From positions 10,032 through 74,031 of the forward strand of contig DASSGR010000195.1 in assembly GCA_035693425.1 (NCBI GenBank): a stretch of DNA of 64,000 nucleotides. Direction: 5' to 3'. Positions 19,449 to 28,415 of this stretch are shown piece after piece. The notes under the pieces were generated by a model. That model was not told the origin of the DNA. It did not search any database and was given only the letters and a program-made list of their open reading frames with translations. Source of the stretch: Solirubrobacteraceae bacterium. Lineage in GTDB: Bacteria > Actinomycetota > Thermoleophilia > Solirubrobacterales > Solirubrobacteraceae. The position numbers and the translations under genes are program-made. Position 1 is the stretch's first letter; each line of letters starts with the position of its first letter.

Positions 19449-19517
19449 GGCCTCCCCCGGCGCAGTTAAACAGAACCGTTCAAGGCGTGCGCCGGTTCCC
19501 GCTGCGAGACTTCATCC

Positions 19518-20483
19518 GTGGACGAAGAGCAGCTCGACGCCCACCTCGACACCGTGCTGATCGGCGGCCGCGAACGCCGCGAGATCGTGATCGCCGATTA
19601 CGACCCGGAATGGCCTCGCCGCTTCGAAGCCGAGCGCGAGCGGATCGGGGCGGCGCTCGGCGGCGGCGCCCTTCGCATCGAGCACATCGGCTCGACATCG
19701 GTACCGGGACTCGCGGCCAAGCCAATCGTCGACGTGCTGGTGGCGGTGTCACACGTCAGCGACGAATCGTCGTACGGCCCCGCGCTCGAGCGCGCCGGCT
19801 ACGAACTGCGCGTCCGCGAGCCCGAGCATCGGATGTACCGCACGCCGGCGCGAGACGTGCATGTGCACGTGTGGAACGAAGGCGACCCCGAGGTCGATCG
19901 CCATCTCGTGTTCCGCGATCGCCTGCGAGCGTCGCCCGACGACCGCAGCGAGTACGAACGCCTCAAGCGCTCCCTCGCCCAGCGCGATTGGAGCGACGTC
20001 AACCACTACGCCGACTCCAAGGGTCCGCTGATCGCGGCGATCCTCAACCGCGTCAAGCGATCTCACATTCGTCGCGCGCGATCTTCCGACGCGGACGCGG
20101 TCGCGGGCCTGCTTGGCCACCTCGGATACCCGACCGACGTTCACGCCGCCTCCGCGCAGCTTGGCCGTCTGCTCGATCGCGACGACGCCGGCGTGCTCGT
20201 ATATGACGACGGCGGCGGGCCGGTCGGCCTGATCACCTACCACGTCTTCGACCTGATCTACCGACCCCGGCCGCATTGCCGGATCACGGCGCTCGCCGTG
20301 AGCGCACAACGGCGACGGGAGGGCATCGCCCGGGCCCTCCTGGATGCAGTGCAAGCAATCGCTCGCGAGCGCGCCTGCTTTCGCATCGAGCTGACCACCC
20401 GGCCTGATCGCGCCGACGCGCTGCGCTTCTATGAGGCGTGCGGGTTCGCGGAGCGGCCGCGCCGCCTGGTCAAGCCGCTGTGA
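19518..20483 (+). CDS. GrpB/UPF0157 (nucleotidyltransferase-fold) domain fused to a GNAT acetyltransferase
   Basis: IEHIGSTSVPGLAAKPIVD...Y..SK in the N-half; LAVSAQRRREGIARALL...FYEACGF in the C-half; single frame. Confidence 0.82.
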   Translation: MDEEQLDAHLDTVLIGGRERREIVIADYDPEWPRRFEAERERIGAALGGGALRIEHIGSTSVPGLAAKPIVDVLVAVSHVSDESSYGPALERAGYELRVREPEHRMYRTPARDVHVHVWNEGDPEVDRHLVFRDRLRASPDDRSEYERLKRSLAQRDWSDVNHYADSKGPLIAAILNRVKRSHIRRARSSDADAVAGLLGHLGYPTDVHAASAQLGRLLDRDDAGVLVYDDGGGPVGLITYHVFDLIYRPRPHCRITALAVSAQRRREGIARALLDAVQAIARERACFRIELTTRPDRADALRFYEACGFAERPRRLVKPL

Positions 20484-21136
20484 CCGCATTCGCCGAGCTG
20501 GCCGCAGCGCCCGACGCGACGATCGACCTGCTGGCCCTGGCGATGGCCGCGGAGTTCCGCGAGGTCGACGACGCCACGGCGATGGCGACCCTCGACACGC
20601 TCGGCGCCGACCTGTCGGCCGCGGCGCAGCGGACGACCGGCTCACCGGAGGGAGTGACCGCCGCATGCACGGAGGTCCTCGGCGGCGTCCATGGGTTCGA
20701 GGGCGACCGGGAGCACTACGACGACCCGCAGAACTCGATGCTCGACGTCGTGCTGGAGCGGCGGCGAGGACTGCCGATCCTGCTGTCGGTCGTCTACATC
20801 GAGGCGGCCCGCCGCGCGGGAATCGCGCTGGCGGGCGTCGGCCTGCCCGGCCACTTCGTCGTGGGGCACTTCGGCGCGGACCCGCCGCTGCTGCTCGATC
20901 CCTTCGGCGGTGGCGCCACCATCGACTCGCAGCTCCCAGTCGGCTCAGTGCAGCCGTGGACCGCTCACGAGATCGCGATGCGGATGCTCAACAACCTCGT
21001 CTCCTCCTACCAGCGGCGCGGCGACCTGACCGGCGCGATCCGCGCAGCGCAGCTGCGGTTGCTGCTGCCCGCCCCCGAAGCACTGCGCGACAGGGTTGCG
21101 ACCGAGCTTCGGACGCTTCAGGCGCGCCTGAACTGA
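20480..21136 (+). CDS. SirB1/Transglut_core2 family protein
   Basis: YDDPQNSMLDVVLERRRGLPILLSVVY, GVGLPGHFVV, DPFGGG, RMLNNL; GTGA overlap with the previous gene. Confidence 0.85.
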   Translation: MTAFAELAAAPDATIDLLALAMAAEFREVDDATAMATLDTLGADLSAAAQRTTGSPEGVTAACTEVLGGVHGFEGDREHYDDPQNSMLDVVLERRRGLPILLSVVYIEAARRAGIALAGVGLPGHFVVGHFGADPPLLLDPFGGGATIDSQLPVGSVQPWTAHEIAMRMLNNLVSSYQRRGDLTGAIRAAQLRLLLPAPEALRDRVATELRTLQARLN

Positions 21137-21140
21137 ACGC

Positions 21141-22499
21141 TCACGCCGCCCCTCCCCCGGCCGCGGCGGCGATGAACCGCAGCCCGTTGATGCCGGGGAC
21201 GAAGAAGTACTCGCCGCCCCTGACGGTCACGACCCGCGACAGCGGGCCGACGAAGAACGGAGGGCTTCCAGGAACGGTCATCTTGTTGGGCTGCGTGCCG
21301 TCCTGGGGCCCGAGCATCAGATCCTGGTCCTCGCCGAGGCCGAACGTGTTGCCGGCGTTCAGCCACTGCGACTGGATGAACTCGAACTGCCGGGCGATGC
21401 TCGCCTGCAGGCAGGCGAAGATCACGCCGCGGTCCTGGCCGTCGTCCGGGGCGCCCGGCGGCAGCGGTGGCCCGTAGGGGATCCCTCGGCGGATCAGCCG
21501 GTGGCGGTTGACCAGCTTGCCGTCGAACGGGAGGCTGCGGCGCGGATTGGCGCGGCGCACGTGGGCGCCGATCGGACAACGCAGCCCGTCGGGGTCGTTG
21601 CCATAGTCGAACGCGTTGTTGCGCTGCCCGTCCGCGGCGAGCGCGGCGTCGGCGGAAGCAGGCGACAGCGAGACCGGCGTGCCGTCCCGCCAGCGCCCCA
21701 CGATCTTGGCGGCGAGTAGCTCTTCGCCACCCGGATACAGGGCGGCGGACTCCGCAAGCCGCTGCCTGAACGCCACAACGTCCTGGCGAAGCTTGCGGTA
21801 GACCATGTACGAGCCGTTGATGCTGAGCTCCACGGGCGGCGGCGCAGCGGGCAGCACGCCCTCTTCGTCCGTGTAGCCGAGGATGAACTCCCCGGCGCGG
21901 ATCGGGCGCCAGTCGCCGTTGCCCGACGGGGCGCCCTGTCCGGGAGTGGGGACGATCGTGCTGCCCTCGATCGACGGCTGCGCGAAGCCGTCGGCATAGC
22001 CGAAGTGCTCGACCCCGTCGGGCAGCGCCGCGCCGACGTCCTCGTGGACGAGCGTCAGGCCGCCATTGGCCTCGATGGCGGCGCGAACCCGCGCGTCGTG
22101 CGCGTCCATCGCTTCCGGGTTCTTGGCGCTGATCATCACCAGCGCGTGGATGTCGGGACCGCCGAGTCCGCCCTCCCAGTGGGACGGGTCGCTGGCGCCG
22201 TAGTCGCCGAGCAGGTTTGCGCGGGCCGCCATCCCCTGGCGAAACTCCTCCGGGAAGCCCGCCAGCGACGCGTCGGGTAGTTGGAGCGCGCGCAGGCCCG
22301 AGTAGCTGAAGGCGACGTTGACGCCCGAATCTGGCTTGTCGTCCCATGGTGCCGCGGTCAGCACGTCCGCCGTCGTCTCGGCGACCCACGCCGCCGCTTG
22401 GGCGACATCGCCGACCCGTAGGAACAGGTAGCGGGCGAACGGCAGCCGGTAGCCGCGCACGACGAACCCCTGGATGCGCGCCAGGTCAAGGGTGGTCAT
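21141..22499 (-). CDS. Dye-decolorizing (DyP-type) heme peroxidase
   Basis: EHFGYADG (GxxDG), NGSYMVYRKLRQDV, HVRRANPR (proximal His), IRRGIPYG (distal Arg), QFEFIQSQW. Confidence 0.92.
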   Translation of the reverse strand: MTTLDLARIQGFVVRGYRLPFARYLFLRVGDVAQAAAWVAETTADVLTAAPWDDKPDSGVNVAFSYSGLRALQLPDASLAGFPEEFRQGMAARANLLGDYGASDPSHWEGGLGGPDIHALVMISAKNPEAMDAHDARVRAAIEANGGLTLVHEDVGAALPDGVEHFGYADGFAQPSIEGSTIVPTPGQGAPSGNGDWRPIRAGEFILGYTDEEGVLPAAPPPVELSINGSYMVYRKLRQDVVAFRQRLAESAALYPGGEELLAAKIVGRWRDGTPVSLSPASADAALAADGQRNNAFDYGNDPDGLRCPIGAHVRRANPRRSLPFDGKLVNRHRLIRRGIPYGPPLPPGAPDDGQDRGVIFACLQASIARQFEFIQSQWLNAGNTFGLGEDQDLMLGPQDGTQPNKMTVPGSPPFFVGPLSRVVTVRGGEYFFVPGINGLRFIAAAAGGGAA

Positions 22500-23044
22500 T
22501 GGCCGAACCGCTCTTTGAAAGTCGCCTGCAGGGCGTCGGCGCCCATCCCCTGCGCCGACAACGCGAAGTCGATCACGTCGCGCCGCACCGCCAGGCTGCG
22601 CTTGACCTGCTCCACGGTGCGATCGCCGTAGGCGGCGAAGAACAGCGCGCTCTCGATCTGGTGGCGTCGCATGTACGCCGCAAACGCGGCCGGGTCGTCG
22701 CGGCCCGGATATCCCTCGCAGTGATCCCAGATCGCGTCCGCGGCCTCGCCGAGGCCCGTGCGCAGGCCCTCGAGATACGGCGCCACCGGCCCGTCGAAGT
22801 TGCTGGTGAACAGCAGGCGCCCGAGCGAGAGGCGATCGCGGCGCTGGCGCGGTCCCTCGTACACGACATCGCCGATCACGACCCACCTGGCGAAGTGCGT
22901 TCCGGGCACGCGCGCGAGCGGACTGTCGTCGCCGCCCTGCAGCAGGTCCAGGTAACGCGCCAGCAGCGTCTCGTGCCCATCACGGATCGGGGTCAGCACG
23001 GTGAGTCCGTACGCCTGCCCGGACGTGTTGCGGGCGTCGTTCAC
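22496..23044 (-). CDS. Hypothetical DyP-associated protein (HFARW / LLFTSNFDG family)
   Basis: ATGA overlap with DyP; paralogous to 23041-23592. Confidence 0.75.
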   Translation of the reverse strand: MNDARNTSGQAYGLTVLTPIRDGHETLLARYLDLLQGGDDSPLARVPGTHFARWVVIGDVVYEGPRQRRDRLSLGRLLFTSNFDGPVAPYLEGLRTGLGEAADAIWDHCEGYPGRDDPAAFAAYMRRHQIESALFFAAYGDRTVEQVKRSLAVRRDVIDFALSAQGMGADALQATFKERFGQ

Positions 23045-23592
23045 AGGTCTCGCTGCACGCTCGTGAGAAACGACTCGTACTCGGCCTTGAACGCCTCGGG
23101 ACCGAGCGTGGCCGCGCGCCGCCGCAGCCGCTCCAGCGCTTCCTCAACCCGCTGCGCCGACACGATCTCGGTCGTCGTCGCGCCGGGGTACGCCGACCAG
23201 TAGTGGTTGGCGACGAACTCGTTGCGGCGGATGTACTGCTTGAACGGCTCGACGGGGAGCGGGCCGGGGAAGCCGAACGAGGTCCCCCAGATCGCCTTCA
23301 TCCGCAGCGCCACGACCTCCGAGAAAGCGTCGATGTACTGGTCCCAGGTCCCGTTGAAGTTGCTCTCGAACAGCAGGTAGGTGTACTGCAGGCGCTCGCC
23401 CTCGCCCTGGTCGGGGAAGCGCTCGATCAGCGCCCAGCGGGCGTAGTGAATGAACGAGAGCGTCTGGAGCTTCTTGAGCGTCTCGGTGATGTTGCGCCCC
23501 GCCCAGAAGACCAGCCACAGCAGCAGCGGACCGCCGGGCCGCACCGGTGTGACCACGGTGATCGCCGTCGCCTTCCCCTCGACGTTTGCCAC
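23041..23592 (-). CDS. Hypothetical DyP-associated protein (HYARW / LLFESNFNG family)
   Basis: GTGA overlap with the next gene; same motif order as its neighbour. Confidence 0.75.
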   Translation of the reverse strand: MANVEGKATAITVVTPVRPGGPLLLWLVFWAGRNITETLKKLQTLSFIHYARWALIERFPDQGEGERLQYTYLLFESNFNGTWDQYIDAFSEVVALRMKAIWGTSFGFPGPLPVEPFKQYIRRNEFVANHYWSAYPGATTTEIVSAQRVEEALERLRRRAATLGPEAFKAEYESFLTSVQRDL

Positions 23593-23668
23593 CGGCGTAC
23601 CCTATCCGGCCCACTCGACCCGGTGGGCGGGATGATGAACGCGCCCGCGATGGCGGGCGCTCAACCGT

Positions 23669-23884
23669 CTACCCGGCGCCTACCGGGACCCGCGCGAGAG
23701 TCTCGCGGCCAACCCGCTGCAGGTCGCGCAGGTACGAAAGGTGCGCGGCCCACATAACGCTGTCGTCGGCCTCGTCGGCCAGACGGATCGTGTCGCAGTG
23801 AGCGTCTAAGAGCTCGTACACGAGGTCGGTCAGCAGCTCCGTCGTGGCTGCGGTCCCGGTTGAGTTCGGGTTCAACATGCTCAT
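23669..23884 (-). CDS. Small helical hypothetical protein (71 aa, LLTDLVYELLDAH...HLSYLRDLQRVGRE)
   Basis: ATG 23884 with SD AAGAGGGGG; protein-like composition. Confidence 0.7.
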   Translation of the reverse strand: MSMLNPNSTGTAATTELLTDLVYELLDAHCDTIRLADEADDSVMWAAHLSYLRDLQRVGRETLARVPVGAG

Positions 23885-23894
23885 ACCCCCTCTT

Positions 23895-23923
23895 GGGACG
23901 AGGCACAGAATGAACCTCGTCCC
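23895..23923 (-). promoter_or_regulatory. Hairpin GGGACGAGG-N11-CCTCGTCCC directly 5' of the SD of the 71 aa gene
   Basis: Perfect 9 bp stem. Confidence 0.45.
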
Positions 23924-24126
23924 GGACAGTTCCTTGTCGCCAGAGAATGTTCCTACACGACCAACGAACGAGCCAAGCAGAAATGTTGCGGTTTGGTAGG
24001 TTTTTTGGCCCATTGGGGCAGGGCTGGCCATCGGTGTCCGAAACGGGCTTGCCGGCGTGTAAATCGACCCACTCGATGGTGGTCCGCTGCCACTTTGGGT
24101 CAAAAGCAGCGCTCAGCGCAGCTTTT

Positions 24127-24159
24127 CCCCACTCGACGATCAGCGAGGATCGAGTGGGG
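24127..24159. terminator. Hairpin CCCCACTCGA-N13-TCGAGTGGGG downstream of the aldo-keto reductase; possible terminator
   Basis: 10 bp perfect stem 16 bp after the AKR stop; no U-tract on the minus strand. Confidence 0.4.
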
Positions 24160-24175
24160 CCGTTTTCCCGCCGCC

Positions 24176-25198
24176 CTACCGCCGGCGCGCCGCCGGCTCG
24201 AGGTCCGGGTTCTGCCAGCCGCCGTCGGCCGGGTTGAGGTTGACGCCCGGTGGGACGATCTCGTCGATCCGGTCCAGGACCTCGTCGGACAGCTCGACAT
24301 CGGCCCCGGTGAGCTGGGACTCGAGCTGCTCCATCGTCCGCGGCCCGATGATCGCGGCCGTTACCGCCGGGTGGCGGATGACGAACGCGAGCGCCATCTC
24401 GATCAGGCTGATCCCGGCCTCATCGGCGAGCTTGGCCAGCGCGTCGGCCGCCTCGAGCTTGCGCTGGTTGCCCGGGATCGACATGTCGTAGCGCCCGGGG
24501 ATCCGCTCCGCGCGGTGTGACGTCGGCACATCCTCGCCGAGGCGGTAGCGCCCGGTCAGCCACCCGCCGGCCAGCGGGCTCCACGGGATCACGCCCATCC
24601 GGTGGCGCCTGCACGTTGGCAGCACGTCGTTCTCGACCCCGCGCACGAGGATCGAGTACGGCGGCTGCTCGCACACGAAACGCTCGCGCCCGCGTTCGCG
24701 TGCGACCCACTGCGCCTCGACGATCCGGCTGGGCGGGAACGTCGAGGAACCGATGTAGCGGACCTTGCCGGCACGGACCAGGTCGGTGAGCGCGCCGAGC
24801 GTCTCGTCGATGTCGGTGTCGGACTCGGGGCGGTGGATCTGGTAGAGGTCGATCCAGTCGGTGCGCAGCCGGCGCAGGCTGTTCTCGACCTCCCGCACGA
24901 TCCAGCGCCGGGAGTTGCCGAACTCGTTGGGGTCGTCCCCCATCGTGCCGTGGACCTTGGTGGCGAGGATGACGTTGTCGCGCCGGCCGCCGGCCAGCGC
25001 CTTGCCGACGATCTCCTCGGATTCCCCGCGCGCGTAGACGTCCGCTGTGTCGATGAAGTTGATCCCCGCATCGAGCGCGCGATGGATGATCGCGATGCCC
25101 TCGTCGTGGTCGGGGTTGCCCCAGGCGCCGAACATCATCGCGCCGAGGCACAGTGGGCTGACTTTGACTCCAGTGGTACCGAGCTCTCGAAGGTTCAT
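24176..25198 (-). CDS. Aldo/keto reductase
   Basis: LCLGAMMFG, FIDTADVY, ATK, SLRRLRTDWIDLYQIH, GKVRYIGSS, WSPLAGG, IIGPRT. Confidence 0.93.
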   Translation of the reverse strand: MNLRELGTTGVKVSPLCLGAMMFGAWGNPDHDEGIAIIHRALDAGINFIDTADVYARGESEEIVGKALAGGRRDNVILATKVHGTMGDDPNEFGNSRRWIVREVENSLRRLRTDWIDLYQIHRPESDTDIDETLGALTDLVRAGKVRYIGSSTFPPSRIVEAQWVARERGRERFVCEQPPYSILVRGVENDVLPTCRRHRMGVIPWSPLAGGWLTGRYRLGEDVPTSHRAERIPGRYDMSIPGNQRKLEAADALAKLADEAGISLIEMALAFVIRHPAVTAAIIGPRTMEQLESQLTGADVELSDEVLDRIDEIVPPGVNLNPADGGWQNPDLEPAARRR

Positions 25199-25229
25199 GC
25201 CCGCCACCGTAGCGCGCGGGCTCTTGCAC

Positions 25230-26099
25230 TCAGTCCCCGGCGGCGAGCAGCCCGTCGAGCACGCGCCCGTAGGCACCGACCGTGAGCGACAGGTGCCCCT
25301 CGTCGGGCAGCAGCTGGGCCTTCGCGCCGGCGACGTGGTCGGCCAGCCAACGGCCATGGTCGAAGGGCACCATCCGGTCCTGGCCGCCCTGCCAGATCGT
25401 TACCGGCCGGTCGATCTGCTCGAGCGAGAACCCCCAGTCGTGGATGATCGCCAGGTCGTCGTCCAACCATCCCCAGATGCCCCTGGACACGGCCAGCCTG
25501 ACGGCGTCGGACACGTACTGGGCGAACTCGCCCGTCAGCGAGGCGACATCGACCGGCGAGACCAGATCTCCGAACGCCTGGTGGATCTGCTCGGGGGTGA
25601 CACGGCGGAAATCGGCCGCCATGTGGTCGAGGAACCCGATCAGCTGTCCCGATTCGGCGGCCGCGAACTCCTGGAGGTTCTCCTCGCCCATCCCCGCAAG
25701 CCAGTCGAGGCCCTCCGCGTCGCGCGGCGCGACGCTGGCGAGCGTCGCCGCCGCGATCACCCGATCGCTCAGCAGCGCCGCGCACGCCAGCGCGTGCGGG
25801 CCGCCGCCGGACCAGCCGATGGTGTAGAAGCGGCCGATCCCGAGCTGGTCGGCGATCGCGCTCACGTCCGCGGCGCAATCGGCGACCGTACGCCCCGGTC
25901 GGCGGTGGCTGTTGGCGTACCCGGGCCGCGAGTAGGCGAGATGGCGGATGCCGCGGGCGGCGCCGTCCGCGACCATCGGCTCGAACAGGACCCCGGCACT
26001 GGGCGTGCCGGTGTGGAAGATCACGACGGAATCGGCCTCGTCCGGGCCGCCTTGCTCAATCTCGATCCTGCGGCCCCCGACCTCGAGGGTGTCGCGCAC
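25230..26099 (-). CDS. Alpha/beta-fold hydrolase
   Basis: HTGTP, YSRPGY, GWSGGG nucleophile elbow, WQGGQD, EGHLS; GTG overlaps the ferredoxin stop. Confidence 0.88.
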   Translation of the reverse strand: MRDTLEVGGRRIEIEQGGPDEADSVVIFHTGTPSAGVLFEPMVADGAARGIRHLAYSRPGYANSHRRPGRTVADCAADVSAIADQLGIGRFYTIGWSGGGPHALACAALLSDRVIAAATLASVAPRDAEGLDWLAGMGEENLQEFAAAESGQLIGFLDHMAADFRRVTPEQIHQAFGDLVSPVDVASLTGEFAQYVSDAVRLAVSRGIWGWLDDDLAIIHDWGFSLEQIDRPVTIWQGGQDRMVPFDHGRWLADHVAGAKAQLLPDEGHLSLTVGAYGRVLDGLLAAGD

Positions 26100-26362
26100 T
26101 ACGCGTTCGCGAAGTAGTCGGCGTTGATCTTGGTGAAGTGCTTCCACTCGTCCGGCAGCTGATCCTCGGCGAAGATCGCGTCCACCGGACAGGCCTCGAC
26201 GCAAGCGTCGCAGTCGATGCACTCTTCGGGATCGATGTAGAGCTGGTTCACGTCGGCGAAGCCGGGCTCGTCTTCTGTCGGATGAATGCAGTCGACCGGG
26301 CAGACCTCAACGCAGGAGAGGTCCTTGAGGTCGATGCATGGTTCGGCGATCACATACGTCAT
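26099..26362 (-). CDS. fdxA: 7Fe ([3Fe-4S]/[4Fe-4S]) ferredoxin, FdxA/FdxC type
   Basis: MTYVIAEPCIDLKDLSCVEVCPVDCIH...PEECIDCDACVEACPVDAIF; ATGA overlap with glxD. Confidence 0.9.
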   Translation of the reverse strand: MTYVIAEPCIDLKDLSCVEVCPVDCIHPTEDEPGFADVNQLYIDPEECIDCDACVEACPVDAIFAEDQLPDEWKHFTKINADYFANA

Positions 26363-27699
26363 GTAGCGCTGATCGTACCCGGTATCCAACTGGTACCGGC
26401 AAGCGGCACGCGGGCCATCGCCGCCGCCTCGATCGTGAGCGCCACGAGATCCTCGGGTTCGAGGTTATGGACGTGGGACTTGCCGCACGCGCGCGCCAGG
26501 GTCTGGGCTTCGAGCGTCAGCGTCCGCAGGTAATTGGCCAGCCGCCGGCCGCCCACCGCGGGATCCAGGCGGGTCGCGAGCTCCGGGTCCTGGGTGGAGA
26601 TACCCGCGGGATCCAGGCCCGCCTGATAGTCGTCGTAGTAGCCGGCGGCCGATCCGATCGCGCGGTAGCCGTCGTCGTGCTCGGGCGCGTTGTCGCCGAG
26701 CGCAATCAGCGCGGCAACCCCGATGGACACCGCATCGGCGCCGAGCGCGAGTGCCTTCGCGACGTCGGCGCCGGTGCGGATTCCCCCGGACACAATCAGC
26801 TGCACCTCGCGGTGCATTCCCAGGTCGACCAACGACTCGACGGCCTGCGGGATCGCCGCGAGGATCGGGATCCCCACGTGCTCGATGAACACCTCCTGGG
26901 TCGCGGCCGTGCCGCCCTGCATGCCGTCGAGCACGATCGCGTCGGCGCCCGCCTTCACCGCCAGCGCGACGTCGAAGTAGGTACGCGACGCACCGATCTT
27001 GACGTAGATCGGGATCCGCCAGTCGGTGATCTCTCGCAGCTCCTCGATCTTGATCTCGAGATCGTCGGGACCCGTCCAGTCCGGGTGCCGGCAGGCGCTG
27101 CGCTGGTCGATGCCCTTGGGCAGATCGCGCATCTCGGCCACGCGGTCGGAGATCTTGTGCCCGAGCAGCATGCCGCCGCCGCCCGGCTTGGCGCCCTGAC
27201 CGACCACCACCTCGATCGCGTCGGCGCGCCGCAGGTCGTCCGGGTTCATGCCATAGCGCGACGGGAGCAGCTGGTACACCAGCACCTTGGAGTGCTCGCG
27301 CTCCTCGGGGGTCATCCCGCCGTCGCCGGTCGTGGTGCTGGTACCGACCTCCGTCGCTCCGCGCCCCAGCGCCTCCTTGGCCTGCGCCGACAGCGCGCCG
27401 AAGCTCATTCCCGCGATCGTGATCGGGATGTCGAGGTGGATCGGCTCGCGTGCGAACCTGGTGCCGATCGTCACGTCGGTGTCGCAACGCTCCCGGTAGC
27501 CCTCCAGTGGATACCGCGACACGCTCGCCCCCAGGAACAGCAGGTCGTCGAAGTGGGGCACGGCCCGCTTGGCGCCGAACCCCTTGATCGAGTACAGCCC
27601 CTCGCGCGCCGCTCGCTGGATCTCGGCGATCGTGTTGCGGTCAAACGTGGCCGACTCGCGCAGCCCTGGATGCCAGCCGTTACGGGCAGCGGCGGACAT
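26359..27699 (-). CDS. mgsC: FMN-binding glutamate-synthase-like protein, GlxD / N-methylglutamate synthase subunit C
   Basis: IAGMSFGALS, TGDGG, GQGAKPGGGG, SACRHPDWTGPDDL, DGMQGGT; the GltB Cys cluster is replaced by YDDYQAGLDPAGISTQDP, as in the GlxD lineage. Confidence 0.85.
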   Translation of the reverse strand: MSAAARNGWHPGLRESATFDRNTIAEIQRAAREGLYSIKGFGAKRAVPHFDDLLFLGASVSRYPLEGYRERCDTDVTIGTRFAREPIHLDIPITIAGMSFGALSAQAKEALGRGATEVGTSTTTGDGGMTPEEREHSKVLVYQLLPSRYGMNPDDLRRADAIEVVVGQGAKPGGGGMLLGHKISDRVAEMRDLPKGIDQRSACRHPDWTGPDDLEIKIEELREITDWRIPIYVKIGASRTYFDVALAVKAGADAIVLDGMQGGTAATQEVFIEHVGIPILAAIPQAVESLVDLGMHREVQLIVSGGIRTGADVAKALALGADAVSIGVAALIALGDNAPEHDDGYRAIGSAAGYYDDYQAGLDPAGISTQDPELATRLDPAVGGRRLANYLRTLTLEAQTLARACGKSHVHNLEPEDLVALTIEAAAMARVPLAGTSWIPGTISAT

Positions 27700-28415
27700 C
27701 AGTAGACCGCCACGTTCTCGACGTGGAAGTTGTAGAGCCGCCTGGCGGATCCATAGCGGCGGAACTCGGCGGGCGCGACGTCGTCGATCCCGGCGCGCTG
27801 GAGCAGCTCGCCCACCTGCGTGAGGTGCTCGTCGCCCATCTCCTTCTCGATGCAGTCGGCGCCCAGAGCGGCGACCGAGCCGCGCACGTACAGCCGCGCC
27901 TCGTACAGCGAATCGCCGAGCGCGTCGCCCGCGTCGCCACAAACCAGCAGCGCCCCGCGCTGCGCCATAAACGCCGCCATGTGACCGACGGATCCGCGCA
28001 CGACGATGTCGGCGCCTTTGAGCGAGATACCGCAGCGGGCCGAGGCGTCGCCGCGGATCACGAGCAATCCTCCGCGCGCAGTGGCACCAGCAGACTGGGA
28101 GGCGCTGCCATCGACGACGACTGCCCCCGACATCATGTTCTCGGCCACGCCGACGCCGCAGTTGCCGTGCACGCGGATCGTCGCCTGCTTGTTCATGCCG
28201 GCGCAGTAGTAGCCCACGTGACCCTCGATCTCGACCTCGTACGGCGCGTCGAGCCCGACCGCGATCGCATGCCTCCCGCCAGGGTTGCGCACGACCACGC
28301 GACCGCCGGGTCGGTCGGGGTCGACCTGGTGCAGGCGCTGATTGAGATCGCGAACGGAATCGGTCGCAAGGTCGAACGACAGGACCGCGTCCTGGGTGAC
28401 GTCGGCGGTGGCCAT
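27699..28415 (-). CDS. mgsB: GXGXG beta-helix protein, GlxC / N-methylglutamate synthase subunit B
   Basis: GHVGYYCAGMN, GVAENMMSG, SQSAGATARGG, RCGISLKG, GDSLYEA. Confidence 0.87.
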   Translation of the reverse strand: MATADVTQDAVLSFDLATDSVRDLNQRLHQVDPDRPGGRVVVRNPGGRHAIAVGLDAPYEVEIEGHVGYYCAGMNKQATIRVHGNCGVGVAENMMSGAVVVDGSASQSAGATARGGLLVIRGDASARCGISLKGADIVVRGSVGHMAAFMAQRGALLVCGDAGDALGDSLYEARLYVRGSVAALGADCIEKEMGDEHLTQVGELLQRAGIDDVAPAEFRRYGSARRLYNFHVENVAVY

